A DNA stretch of 64,000 nt from Laetmonice hystrix (GCA_965235115.1 OZ249436.1:11534001-11598000), one strand, 5' to 3'. Counted from the stretch's first letter, positions 47,601 to 62,600 are shown. Program-made: numbers and translations. The notes: generated by a model from the letters alone, not told the origin.

Positions 47601-50600
47601 TCGAAAATGGCGTCAAATGAAACGTCATATATGACTTCCTATCTGTCAATAATAATAACTATTGCCTTATCTTGCACCGTTTTCGAGATATGAGCCAAAA
47701 CAGTGTTATGGGGGGGGTAAAATATTAATATGGCCGCCATGTCGCCATATTTGCTTTGATCTGGCAATACATTGGCATATACATTGCCCCTCATATACAC
47801 CTTCTGTCCGCCAAATTTGAAAGAAATCGGGATCGTTTTGTGTGAGTTATTACTCCAAATGTGTTTACATCCAAGATGGCCACAACGCGGCCATTTTGAC
47901 TTATGTCAAAAATATCTTTGACCTGCCTCATCCGTGGACTGTCCCGGATCATTATGTAATGTTTCTTGCAAGATTATGTCGTTATCTTTAACTGTTTTGA
48001 AGATCCAGGCTATTGAAAATATGCATGACCTTGATTGACCTTTCAAGGTCGCTCAAGGTCATCGAAAATGGCGCCAAATGAAACGTCCTATATGACTTCC
48101 TATCTATCAATAATAGTAACTATTGCGTCATCTTGCACCGTTTTCGAGATATAAGCCAAAACAGTGTCATTGTGGGGGTCAAGAAACAAATATGGCCGCC
48201 ATCTCGCCATTTTGGATCTGAATTGAAATTTTATTGTGATGCATATTGGCCCTCATTATGCCTCATCCCTGCACCATGTTTGAAAGAAATCGTGATTGTT
48301 TTGGCTGAGTTATTGCTCAAAATGTGTTTTTATCCAAAATGGCCGCCAAGCGGCCATTTTGAATGATATCAAAAATCTGTTTGACGTGCATCATCCTCAG
48401 TTCATCCCTGATCCTTGTGTGAAGTTTCAAAGAAATCGACCCATACACTTCTGAGAAATCGCTGTCTACGGACATACGGACGGACGGACGGACGGCCGTA
48501 CGGACGGACGGACGGAGGTCGAATTATAAGCCCCCCGTTGTGGGGGCTAAAAATTCCCCGGGGGCACTTTGATAATGATTGATGTATTATAACATCCACG
48601 GATTGTTGAGCACATAGATGAACCACAACCATGCGATGAAATCCGTATAAATTATCATGATAACACCTGCCAAATACGGGATCTGAGGCATTAATGAAAA
48701 ACTTTCCAGTAAATCGTCAGTGGAGTTCCACTCTTGGGTTCCCAGCGTTTCGCCCACAGTTTGCATCGGTCATATTATTACAGATATCAGTATAACCTTG
48801 GTAGCAATGCAGTTCAGGGTTCACAGCCAAGGTCATTTGCATTTGAAGTGGTATGCCTTGAAAAGGGTCACATACATACCTGTAATGAATTACGGGCATT
48901 TTAGGTGACTTCTTCAAAGTGGTTTGCGATGCCTTACTAGGCCTATAATAATGTGTGGGAACTTATAATAAAACATAATTAGATATGATCAGAAACAACC
49001 TCTGCAAACTGGTCAAATCAGATTTTGATAAGGTTGACCTGTTTGGAAAAAGACCATGATTGGCCAATTTAGGCGCCATTACATATACAACCCCAATTTG
49101 TTGGGTTTGGCCAGCTGACGTCTAATTCTGGGGTCTAAAAATGGGGTGCGGCCATCATTTGTTTACATCTACAGAGACTAGAAAGTGCTCTCAGAACGAC
49201 CTTGAAAGAGAGTGAAAGATGAAAAAACATATAACATATTTGCCGAATCACGACACAAAACTATCAACGGGCCAGATCTTGCCTCCTTTAAAGAGGGGGG
49301 GGGGGGGTCATGATTTACCTCTGTAGAAACTGCCTTGTCATCTTGTTCTGAAATGTTTCACTGAAAGTGAACACGAGTACTCTTTATGCTCCATAGAAGA
49401 AAAACTCACCAATAGATCGGTACTGGTATACTGGAGCACGATATACTGTGTCGCCTTATAGAAAAACGAGGAAAGGATGTGGAATGCAGTACTTGTAGAC
49501 TTTGGTTCTGACAAAGGGCATGGTTTCATAAGGTCGGCGAGATTCTACTTTTCCAGAATAAAAGAAGCTCGTTCATCCGTAGTATACAATATGAGGGTTA
49601 ATTCATAGTGGTCGGAATTTAGATTGATCTTCATGAACGCTAAACAACTGTGGCAAAATAAATGGTGCAATTTACTCATACTATAGACCTTTGTGGGACT
49701 GTCGCAACACAATCAGCATTCGCCATGCGAAGCTAATGTGTTCTCCACTGATTGATGGCCTTCTGGGTCAAAGGTTCTAGGTAAAAGTGATAAACCAACA
49801 TTTTTGTAGACCGACCTGCTGGATCACTTCAAGATCTTTTTCCAGCAGGTTTTTTTTCAGGATCTCTTTTCTTTTTCTGTGATCAATAATTTTTCCTTCG
49901 GGAAGTTATATTTCTTTCCTTTTTCTTGTTGTAGGAATTTCTTTCGTGTATGAAATGTTGGACATGGACATGAAGTTATATTCTTCTAGAATGCCCTTGG
50001 TCTGCGCTATTGGACTCTTTCATGAGGAACACTTTTCTTCTTGGGCCCAACGTAAAAATGTTCCGGACATAGCAGTGAGCATCTCATACGACAATATAAA
50101 TTTTTCAGACTCCTGTGGTTCACCCATCGGTGATTGACGGAGACTAATGTATCTGTCAAAATTCATGCCATCTTTGAAAACCACTAGACAGGTGTATATG
50201 GCACCTGCAAGTCCAGGGCCTGCTACATGAATACTGTATCTAGAACCCGCGCGACACCACTCCCACTCAACCAGTATCTGGCACACAAAGCAGATCGACT
50301 CGTAAAGAATGCTTATTCAGAGTTGACAGAAAACTTACTCATGGTCTTTTGACAGCCAATTATAATTAACCGACGACATAACAGCCGCAATCGACAAGTT
50401 CTTAAACTAATTCTAGGTGCTCTCTTGAATTCCGTGACAGGTAAATAAATATATGGCCGGGAGCGGGAGCTACAGTCTGCCCGCGCTAACCTGAGCCCAA
50501 TGCATAATCATGCATGATATGCAAGGTCAGCTTTGTTGACTGCCGGCTGCCGGTCAATGGGATAGCTGGTTGCTGGAGACAACCCACGTGTAGGGGGCAG

Positions 50601-53600
50601 CACATGGTTTGACCACAGGCAGCCAGCTTCCAGCCACTGTCACTGAACCTGTACACACTGGTTTGAATGACGGGCCCCTCGCGTCCCCCATCAGAACTGG
50701 GCTAACCCTCACCGGTAATGAGACCCCGCCCCGGGCTGTAAGGAACTTCTGATAATATCTGGCCTCTGGTTTATACCGTTCAGACCATTCTCGGAGAGGT
50801 AATGTCTCTGCTCCCCTCTCTGTGTTGGTGACCACAGGGCCCCTGACCTCGGCCAACTTACAAGTCATTCATGCCATGTGAGAGAAAGACAGTTAGATAC
50901 TTGATGTAGATCCGTGGTTTTCGCCTGGTACTCTGGTTTCCAGTACGGCCCAACCCCGCCTACCCATTCAGTGGTTGCCTCCGCTGCAGGAAGATGGCGC
51001 CACTGGGATTGAGGAGACCGGCGTGAAAGTCGCGGCGACCATGTAGATCCGTGCTTTTCAGCTGCTCTACTGCGGCTGTTAATGTCGTCGGCTAATTCTT
51101 CGACAAATATAAAGAATCGGAGAAAGAATTGCCAATGACAAGTAACTTGTGCTGACTGACTTCATGTTTGTTGTATGCAGTACAAAAGATAGGTCAAGGT
51201 TAGGGGAAGGCCTGGCGCCGTGCCACATACTGCAGGCCCAGGTATAGCTGTTCGGCTGGGTTGGGCGTTTGGTGAAAGGCTAACACCAGCCTTATCTGAT
51301 GACCAGTCCACGTGTCATGACACAATCCACGGCGCCACTTGGGGGCCATCCAAAGTAAAGACATAAGACATAAGAAATAAAAAGGAATTGCTTTGCGCTT
51401 CACAATAAATCACCAAACTTTGATAAACATACTGGTATACCAGTGTACGTCGGAAGCTCTTTTTCGATGGGCGGAACATATTTCACCTCTTGAAAGCAAG
51501 CGGTTCAACTTTCAAATATTGACACCGGGACCCCTATAATTCGAATTTTTACGTAGCTTTGGGCTCCCAGTCAGTGGCGTAGGAAGGGAGGGGGGCGGGG
51601 CCATCCCCCCCCCCCTCCAATAAAACAAAGTTTTGAGTATGTTTTGCCCCCCTCCCAATATTAAGCTCTTTGGGACGATTAATAATAATTAATAATTTCC
51701 ATACTTTTTCCAAATATAGGCCTAATAGAACTTAGAACAATGTAAGAGACACAGTATCACGCTGGCATAGTAGAACAGTGTTTCCACCTGATCTAGCGAA
51801 TTAAGCAATCAGAAACCAGAGAATTAACACTCTCTGGTTAAAGTCAGAGTTTTTAACCACGATTTTAACCAATTTAGTTAACTTAACCACTTTCTTGAAA
51901 CCGGGGCCTCTTGACACCTGGTACGCGTGTCATACTGGTATCAGCTTAGAGCTACTGCTCTACTCTAGCATGCAGAAGCTACTGCTGTACTCTAGCAGAA
52001 GCGGAGTAAGGTCTTGAAACCGGGGCCTGGCAGCGTGTCATATTATTGGTATCAGGGTACTGCTGTACTCTAGCAGAAGCGGAGTAAGGTTTTGAAACCG
52101 GGGGCTGGTAACGTGTCATATTATTGGTATCAGGGTACTGCTGTACTCTAGCAGAAGCGGAGTAAGGTCTTGAAACCGGGACCTGGTAACGTGTCATATT
52201 ATTGGTATCAGGGTACTGCTGTACTCTTGCAGAAGCGGAGTAAGGTCTAAAAACCGGGACCTGGTAGCGTGTCATATTATTGGTATCAGGGTACTGCTGT
52301 ACTCTAGCAGAAGCGGAGTAAGGTCTATAAACCGGGACCTGGTAGCGTGTCATTTTATTGGTATCAGGTTACTGCTGTACTCTAGCAGAAGAGGAGTAAG
52401 GTCTAGAAACCGGGACCTGGTAGCGTGTCATTTTATTGGTATCAGGTTACTGCTGCTCTAGCAGAAGTGGAGTACGGTAGAGGTCAGAGTTACATTGTTT
52501 TCTCTACCCTTCTGCAGGGACATGTGATTTGCAGATTTATTTTCATAATGTTCCGTTAGTCTGTTCAGTTTTGATCACGATTTTTTGCTTATCCTGACTG
52601 ACTGATTTGCCCCCCCCCCCCCCAACTAAAGACAGCTTCCTACGCCTCTCCCAGTTTCTTTCCTCTTCTTTTTCCAAAATTCCTCATCTGCTGACGTCCT
52701 ACTTTTCGCAGCCCCCATGAACTGATCTGTATGGATTGCGGTCATGATAAGTAAAGTATGACCAGAAACTCATAACACGCAACATTCAGGTATTTCTGTC
52801 ATCTCATATTATTTTTTAAAACTTAATTATAACGGTATAAAACAGCTCAGATAAAAAAGTGCGCATTAGGACCGTCTCACATACCAACTTGTGATGATAA
52901 GTCATATTTTGTATAAGTATTTACGTCAGGTGATTCATGATGAAATTACCTGATGAATTCCATGCCAACGTCATAATCGGGGCAACCATAGTGCGGTCAC
53001 ATGTTCTCATAAATCATTGGCAACAACGTACAGAAAACCGAAAACAAAAAACATTGTTAAGGTCGTTGAACCTAAACCATACATATATGTAGGTAATACG
53101 AACTCGTACGTTCGACATAAGAAGTAATACGTACGAGACAGCGATGTATACGGATACGGATTTTTAAAAACACATTACAAATATAGGGACTGTGTCCACT
53201 CATGCGGGTCCGGACACGGCGACCGATCCGACACAGTCCCTATATTTGTAATGTGTTTTTAAAAATCCGTATCCGTATCCGTGTCCGCATCCGGACCTGT
53301 GGACACGCAGCCGAGTCCACAGGTCAGGATGCGGATACGGATACGGATACGGATTTTTAAAAACACATTAAAAATATAGGGACTGTGTCCACTCATGCGG
53401 GTCCGGACACGGCGACACAGTCCTATATTTGTAATGTGTTTTTAAAAATCCGTATCCGCATCCGTGTCCGCATCCGGACCTGTGGACACGCGGATACGTT
53501 CGGCACAAGTCGCACGTACGACTTAAGCCTCTTTTCCACTTTCACGGTTTTTTACGCCGATTCACGCCGATGTCAGATCGTGGCAAGTCATGGGGGTGTC

Positions 53601-56600
53601 GTAGTCGGGGGGAGTCCTGAATAATCGCAAAAGTTCGCAACCAAGTCGTCGTCTTGTTTTCGTTGTGGCACAAGTTTCAATATGTTCAAAAAAAATCGTG
53701 GTGGTTCGCGAGCTCGTCACGGATCGTAATATGTCTTAGCAATGTCGTAGTCATGTCGTAATGGTGTCCTTACAGATTGTGTTAGTATCGTGATTGTTCG
53801 TCAATATTCGTAGGCAATCGTCTTGTGGGAAATGGCCAAGATTGTGGAAGATGTAGTCACGATATGCTATACGAATACCCACGACATAACACGATGTGAA
53901 CACGAACGGAATGAGACAGACCATCTTGTCACTGTCTTGGCAAGTCGTGACATATCGTACTTATGTCGTAGTTGCTCGTACCGATATCGTGATTGTTCGT
54001 GTCAAATCGTGCCCGTATATCGTACAAGTATAGTGGCTTTTTTGTGCTTTTCAGGCGGACGGATCGCGACTCACTACGATTAATAGGTCATGAATCGGCG
54101 TAAAAATCGTGGGAAGTGGGAAAGGGGCTTTAGTAATTCGTACTTACGACTCACTCATACGCACGAGTATGGTACTCCGTGCGCCCTCTGCGGGACAAGC
54201 GCCTATAGCTAGCCCAACTGCCAAGCTAGTCCAACTGTCTAGCTAGCCCAACTGCCAAGCTAGCCCAACTGTCTAGCTAGCCCAACTGTCTAGCTAGCCC
54301 AACTTTCTAGCTAGCCCAACTGTCTAGCTAGCCCAACTGTCTAGCCAGCCCAACTGCCAAGCTAGCCCAACTGTCTAGCTAGCCCAACTGCCAAGCTAGC
54401 CCAACTGTCTAGCTAGCCCAACTGTCTAGCTAGCCCAACTTTCTAGCTAGCCCAACTGCCTAGCTAGCCCAACTGTCTAGCTAGCCCAACTGCCTAGCTA
54501 GCCCAACTGTCTAGCTAGCCCAACTGTCTAGCTAGCCCAACTGCCTAGCTAGCCCAACTGCCAAGCTAGCCCAACTGTCTAGCTAGCCCAACTGCCTAGC
54601 TAGCCCAACTTTCTAGCTAGCCCAACTGTCTAGCTAGCCCAACTGTCTAGCCAGCCCAACTGCCAAGCTAGCCCAACTGTCTAGCTAGCCCAACTGCCAA
54701 GCTAGCCCAACTGTCTAGCTAGCCCAACTGTCTAGCTAGCCCAACTGTCTAGCCAGCCCAACTGCCAAGCTAGCCCAACTGTCTAGCTAGCCCAACTGCC
54801 AAGCTAGCCCAACTGTCTAGCTAGCCCAACTGTCTAGCTAGCCCAACTTTCTAGCTAGCCCAACTGCCTAGCTAGCCCAACTGTCTAGCTAGCCCAACTG
54901 CCTAGCTAGCCCAACTTTCTAGCTAGCCCAGCATGCGCTCCACATGATGCACGTTATACTATAATACCCTTCTTGAAGAAGTGGAGACCAAGGCAACTGC
55001 TCCTTCTTCAGGAAGAAGAAAACATGAGTATCTAGTGCTGTAATAGACGGTCGGCAGAGGGAGGGGGAGAAGTGGGCATGGGGACTTACTAACTCACACG
55101 TACCGGATATTAAGTCGTGCGTACGACTTAATAAGCTATGACATACTAAGTCATACGTACGACTTAGTAGGATGTAAGTACGACTTAGTAGGTCGCATGA
55201 GTTAGTTTGACATAGGCCTACGTATGACTTAATAAGTCCTATGCTCCTCATAACTAAAACAGTTGACCCAACTAGGTTAAATAAATCTGGATACTCGACC
55301 GCCTGTTACTAAGAAGCATACTGTACGCACTTGTTTTATATGTACAGCAATGACTTTCCTCTACAACTCCAGTATCAGTTCTCTCTAGTACGACGATTGC
55401 CAACGATAGACGCTGATTATCAAGTGCTTTAGGAGTAACTTAACAATCTTACAAAGCACAAGAAGACACATTGAGTAACTAACATAAGAACATGAGAACC
55501 CTATGTCGGCAATCTCAATAGAATCTTATCGTTTTATTTCCTAAACATTTATAATTATGTACATAATCCGTGTCAATCCGTCTTTAAATCAAGTATGATA
55601 TCAGTTTGATTAAAACTCATGTACACTATCTACCTTAATTCAAATCGAGACTGTGCCGATTCCTCTGGTTCGAGATTTTCCAAGAGTGAGTTCAGTATAA
55701 CATAACTTTATTCCAATTATCTAATTTTAGTAACTTAATGACTAGTTGCCTAAGTAGGTTTTATATAGGAGGGCGTGAAGACGATATGAAAACTGTAAAC
55801 CATCACTTTCGGTCATAAATATTTAAGTGTTATATGTTACCTGAAGTTTTAACATGGTGTCATTAGGGTTCAAAGGTAAGTATTTGAGGAATTTGGGGTG
55901 CCACTTTAATGTTGGAAAAAGGCCTTTAAAAACCTACCACTCCACTTCCTCCATACACTGATCTCTCTTGTTTCTACATGTTTCAATCTAAAAAAGATAC
56001 TAAGATTTTTTCAAAGAATTCCTATCGAGAACTATCCTTACGTGGAACGACTACCCGTATATGCGTGTGGGTTTGCAGGTTGGGGATAGCAGAATGAGGC
56101 CTGCGAGAAGCAGCAGTCGAGGTTAAAACAAGGGTACCACGAAGAATGGAGGATGCAGTGCTGAAGAGCCTTATGCAAAATTAGCAGTAAAAGAAATGTG
56201 AGAGATCCTTATTATATGGTCACACATCAGTCTGCCTTTTTGCGTTTGCAGTGGAAAGTAGATGCAATGCATATTCCATATTAGCTGACGGTAACTTACA
56301 CTCTGTCCAGACGATCTCCTTTTGTTTTCAGTAGAAGCAAATAGTTTGGGCGATGACTGTAGAAAATCATGACAAAAACATAAAATATACAAACTGCACC
56401 CATGTATAATAACAATAACCTCAGCAACAAGAGAGAGAAAGCAAGAAGAAAGTCTTCAGAATGCTGCAATCTTTTTATTTGTGCGATATGTTTAAAAAAC
56501 ATTTTAAATACCTTACAGAGCCGTACCCAGCGGCCAGTGTCAAATTTTTTAGTTGGTCATAGTAGACAGAAATAGGAATACAGTCTACAATATTTGGTAT

Positions 56601-59600
56601 GTTATCACATTTTAGATACCTGAATAATTTGTGTCTACTTTCAGTGTCATGGGGTCAATCACCTCCGTGCATTTTCAGAATGGGCTGTGTATATATAGCC
56701 CTTTGACCAGAACAAGAAATGTTTTTAACTGTTCATACCACCGGTAGGCATACAAACACCACTGTGCATCCCTCCACAATTATACATCAACTAATCGAAA
56801 CTCATTTCAACGTAGCTCGGAGAAAGGCCCAGCAGTGGTCAGCCGACCTGTATACAGTAAAATTCTCCGCAGTGATGTAACACATCACGGAGACGGGCAT
56901 TTGTACACAGCCGTTTCAAGAGTTAGGCGAGCGCCGAGATACTGTCTGCGAAACGCGGGTTCATGACCTGCCATATCCTGGCCTGCCCACTGGAAGACGG
57001 CCACTAAATGAAACATTAATCACTGCCAAAACACGGAAGGAGAGACGACAAGATCAGCTGCCAAGAAAGTACCTTATGCCTGCCACACACTGTACGATTC
57101 CCAGTCGGCGGCAAATCACACGCCCCGCACACTATACGACTCGAGTCATAAACCCGCGCACACTTTGAGATCCGACTGTGATCCGATTCAAAATTCGATA
57201 GGCTGTTTGCGACCCTTCCGATCGTCGTAGGCGAGTCATATGCGAGTCATAAGCAAGTCATAAGCGGGTCGTAAGCTCCAGAATGCGATCGGATCATAAG
57301 AAAATGGTATAGTGTGCGGCGAACATGTGACAAATATTGCGACTATTGCTGAGTTCAGACAGGATAGACCCGATTACTGGTCCTGTCTATCGTTGACCCG
57401 TTATACGGACGGGTTGGGAGGTCTGCATCCCATGAATTGATGGGGAACCGTCCATGGACTGGTACCTCAGCCCTTATAAAATGAGGGGCCCTCCGACTGA
57501 AAATGTTTGGGAATATAAAATGCCATGGATGCTATTTCCCGGCTTCTCAGCATCAAACTAAATAGCTTTCGGTGCCGACGTTTTGGTCAAAATTAATGTA
57601 TTAATCAGTGGGGGCTCCAGGAGGGCTTGGCCCCCCCTTAGATTTTACTTTTTTGTATGAAGATGCATTAGTACCATCACAATGAAATCCTGCCGAGCGT
57701 AGCGAGGCTAAAATACTTTTTACGTGGGCTCTAGGTTATATCCCCCTGACACCTCATACTTTTGTGGTACATGTACCACTTAGATATTTCGATTGTGAAC
57801 AGTCACGTGAGGTTCATCTTTTTCCAAATTTTGCAAAACAGATCACCAAGACTCCAGATCGAGTGTATTGACTTGGATTTCACGTAAACTAACGGTAAAT
57901 ATCACAATATTTGGCTGGACAGGATTGGATGGTTGACCTACCTGAATGGCAAGGTGAAGGGCATTGTTTCCATGACAACTGATGGCCTCCGCTGAGGCGC
58001 CTCTCGAGAGGAGGGCCATGACACACCCAAGGCGACCTCTCCGTATCATGATGTGCAGTGCCGTTTCCCCATCCTTGTTAGGTATGTCCAGGTTGCAACC
58101 CAGATCGGATAGGATGTAGATACACTGCCAACAGTAAGGTATTGTTGATTATAATGCGAAGAAATGTTAAATACTGTAAAAATACTGTTCAAGAATTCGA
58201 TTTCTCACGTGAAATGACGACACTGTCCTAGCTTTTGTTTAACCTATTCCTCGTCAGAACCACATTACAAAACCAGTGGAAGAACCGTTTTTACTAGATT
58301 TACGTAGAGTGTCTCTTTAAAATTTAAATATCTAATATTGTACATTTATTACTTAATGACTGGTGTCAAGTACGAGCTAAAATATCAGAAAGATCCGTCT
58401 TATCATCCAGTAAAAGGGATCGCAGTCAGGAATGAGAAACGTGCCATGATATCATGGTGGACATTCACCACTAAGATTGACAGCATTCTGTGGTTGGGGC
58501 GTGGTGGAGACAGAGGTAATGAACCATGCTAGTAGGTAGCACCGTGGTTTCGCACCAACCCTCTGCCCCAATCCCATACAATATAACACTTGCGCCACTC
58601 ACACTCCTTCAGTCCATCTTCTTCCATTTTGAAATTTTAAAACATCAATAAAAACAATTCAGCAGTCGGTTGAAATAGCTACCGAGGTACTACAGTTAAG
58701 AACCGAACGCCTGATGAAGCACTGAGCATGTTAACATGCGCTGCAGTGGGCACTGCTCTATTATGGAGGAGTTGGCACTTGGCAGAAAGTGAATCTTTTC
58801 TGCTGAGGAAACAAGGTGCTGCTGCCAAAAGGGTGTTTGTCACCGTATACCAAAACGTAAGAGTGTCTGAATTACTTTCCGCTCAGAGTTCTGTGAACCT
58901 GGTGCTAGCTTCAGTAGATATTGGACAGTTTTCAAGATGGCCATATGCAGGCCAGACTGAATTACGCCAAGCATGAATCCTCATGTAAGCAATAAACTTG
59001 CAAAATGTGCACGCCCTTTTCCTATTGTTCTGAACAAAACGATGTTCTTGGACTGCGACCAGAAACACAGGTCAGCACATGAGACGTAAACATCCATGAA
59101 GCATCCCTGAAAGGTTATTGACATTAACGCCATAGCCTAAATTCTACGTTTTCCGCACCTGGGTGCAGGGCTGTCCAAAGTTGCGGCTGCTTGGTGCAGT
59201 GCAGCACATCGAAATCTGCGCACCAGAACTATCAAGCCCAGCAAATTAGCAGCGATTTTGTCAGAAAGTAGGCGAGAGTAGGCGGCAGAGGTGTTTGGAA
59301 ACAGACGGCCAACTATAATCGGTTCAAATTAATGTCAAATCTGCCAAACTTTATCCCCAAAAAGTACCGTCTCCGTTTCCATCTCCATGGGAGATCAAAT
59401 GCGTCGTTATACAGTTAAATCAAAGATTAGGCCTAGGCCTGGTGGGTGGGGTACTCTGGGAGCGATGAGCAGCCCATATTGCGGTTCGTTTTTGACGACA
59501 GCCGTGTCAGGGTGGGTCGGGGCCGTGATGACCAGGGTGCCGCAGCACGAGGTACGAGCCCCTCAAACTTCTCCCTGGTGTTTTTACCTGTTCCAAGGCG

Positions 59601-62600
59601 TACCATTAACATCAACACACCGTGGTGGTACTTTCACTATTAGATCATCATCACATGTGTTAATGTGACCACAAAACCACAACGTTGGACCTCTCCAATT
59701 GTAAAGAACACTACTTTTGGCTTTTAAACGGTTGAAGAAGCTTCTCCGGTTTTCCAATGCCACATCTTTGTCAGGTTCGTGATTCAGCATATGAGCTGAC
59801 AGGAAGAAGGCACCAAAGGGATTTCCCTCACAAAGCCCTGAGCCATGAAAACATCGACTGACTTCAAGGCTGAACTGGCATGATGAGCTCAAGCAATATA
59901 CATGATGAAAACTATGGCTTGCCTGGATATGCTGTCGGTTAAGGCACGCCACAATATAATAAATGTGTTGACGGGAACGTTAAGATAACCTGACACACCT
60001 TGGAAATTACCAGAACAGCATAATACAGTTGTCTAGTCACCTTCATTTCTTACATGTACAGTTGCCAGCATTTATTTCTACACTTAGCCGAGTTGAAATA
60101 ACAATAAAAACGTTTGAAAATTTCTTATCTAGAATTTTGTTTGAATTCGAGTTGTAAACAATTTATGACTCTGTCATCCAGGCTGGCGTAGACAGCTTCA
60201 TATATAAAATTTGTCAATAAAGTAAGGTTCCAGGTGTTTGTTACTTACTTCCAGCTACTTTCTAACCTTGTATTAACCTTGACTTCAAGAATTACTACTA
60301 AACCTAGTTCAAGTATTTTATAACTTTCCTTAGCTAAAAATTGGATATTTACCAATAAAGATCTAACACAGAAAATTAAAAGACATGACCATGACCAACT
60401 GGCCATCCCGTGTGTCCCAGCACTGGTAATGGCCAATAAAATGACAGTTACTAATTGGTCTACTTTAATCGTGACCAAAGCCTTGGATGCCGACCAAGAC
60501 ACTCTTTGTGAAGAGAATGCTTGCCGGAGAAAGATCATTTTCAACCATAGTTTCGGAATGTTAAGTGTTCCTACTGATCGAACAAAGACTCACTCCCGTG
60601 TTCCGCCTGCAAACATGCTGAACGGGCCGGAACATATCCGTCTCTGGGGGCTGGTACCGAGAGAACTGTACAACGGACACAACTCGGCGGTGGGTGAGGC
60701 ACGGAAAGCGGAAGGCTTCCTTTTCTGGCCTCCCGACCAATACGTGGGCCAACATGGATAAAGACAAAGTTTCCGCGATAGCCGCAAAACACTTTACACT
60801 CCATCACGATCAAGTAGTATCTCGTTATTTTTCGTTGGATTCATCATTCAGGCCCGGAGCCAACCCACAATATTGGGTGGGGCACATTTTCAAATTCTCG
60901 ACCTTTTTTTTAGCCAGCCCATAATATGTTGGGTGGGGCACATTTTCAAATTCTGGACCTTTTTGCAACAAAGGATTAAAGGAAAGCCATAATATAAGAT
61001 TTTGAACCAAAACTGCATGAATAACTGCATAAATATTAGCCATCTTGTCCAAGAAAATTTTCAGGACCAAGTCCAGTCTAAAATTTTGGAAAACTTGGCC
61101 TTTTTGGACCTTGCCAGATTTTTGGTGGGGCACGGGCCGCCTTGCCCCCCCCCCCCCCGGATTTGGGCCTCTCATTGGACCTCTAAACTCTAAACCATTA
61201 ACAGCAGTCGTATGGCTTACACAAACTTTGAATACAATTTATTTAATTTTCCATGGAGTATTTCCTTTCTACGCACACTGCCACTGGTTCAAAAATACTG
61301 TTAGTCAAGGATGTATAAGAAAATAAAACAAAAAATTACATGATTTTATATGTGTACGACTGGATACGTCCAAACACTCTTGAGTGCTACTTCTTTGTCA
61401 ACACAGACTTCTACATTTTGATTATCACACACCAGGTTCAACACTCGCCATAAAATACAGAAAAGACCTGGCAAGGTCCTTACACAGTTAGTCATACTCA
61501 TCACATCACTGTGCCAGGTGGAGCCCAGTCAAGGTATCCTGTTCAGAGAGGTGTAATGGATGTTGTGTGTTTGTGGGCACACAGAGCGGGTGGGCGGCAG
61601 AGACGGTGCAGACTTACCTCGCGTGTCTTGGCCCAGTGTAAAGGCGTGCCACCATACTTGTGGTCCTGAAGGTGTAACTGGTCACGGTTCCATTTCACCA
61701 ACGTCTCCACACACCTTGCCAACATCACACCACCAACAGTCAAATAACCTAGCCTCTAATTTTCACCTCAGTTTTGTGCATGCTGAAACTTGAATAATAA
61801 ACCCTTACACTAAAAATGTAAATAGAAAATAGGTAAACAAAACAGGATAAATACTAATGGACAGCGTTCTACTGCACAGGGCCCTTCATCTACTTTGCAA
61901 TAGCTCTGAGTCTTGACTTAATTTCAATTTTTAGTAAAGTTTAAATCATGCTGCCAAAGTGGGGAAGCACGCGACTCAGCTGGCACAGGGAGCAGCCACT
62001 GTCAGTTGCACACACTTTTGGACAACTTTTGACATTAGGCAATGTTGCATGGCAAGTCCGTGTTTAGAATATACATTTGTAAACGGGGCGTATTTCGTTT
62101 ATGCTCTCATTTGCAAGTTGTGCTCCTTCAAAAAAATGATAAAATGTCGAAAACATACTTCAGTAGGAGAAGGGGGCGTGTAGTGACTTTCCAGAAAAGG
62201 ACTTGTAATTAGAGAAAGTCTATGTGTAAATCAAATGAAAAGTTATTACATGGAATAAATTTCATTCTAGTAGGCTGCTACTGAAAAACTCATAAGATGC
62301 TTAGGCCTACTATACATTGCCCGCCCTTTGCTGTAGAGTCATCGGAAAGGTGCATCTAAACTAAGTTGGGCATTCAATCAAAACTTGTATCAGTTCTCCT
62401 TTGAGTTGGTCTTAGGCACAACGCGTGGCACAAATTCCTTTAGAGCTATTTCTTGAAAATGTACACGATTAAAAATCATCGACATAGATATATAAAACAG
62501 AACAAAAGTTTGGGCGCAGAAGGAATCATGGCATATAACTTCGTCATCATGTCTGACATTTACGATTAACTGAGAAACTAAAGTAAACGAGACCCCTCTG

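Noticed and set aside
51979..52353. 124-aa ORF with a 26-aa repeat
   Set aside because: Translation of the 78-bp array inside a MITE; adjacent units contain stops.
58883..59952. ORFs with faint LINE-endonuclease ([13 protein letters not shown]) and MULE-like (HEPD..RR.F..LK) flavour
   Set aside because: Too short and degenerate to call without a profile search.
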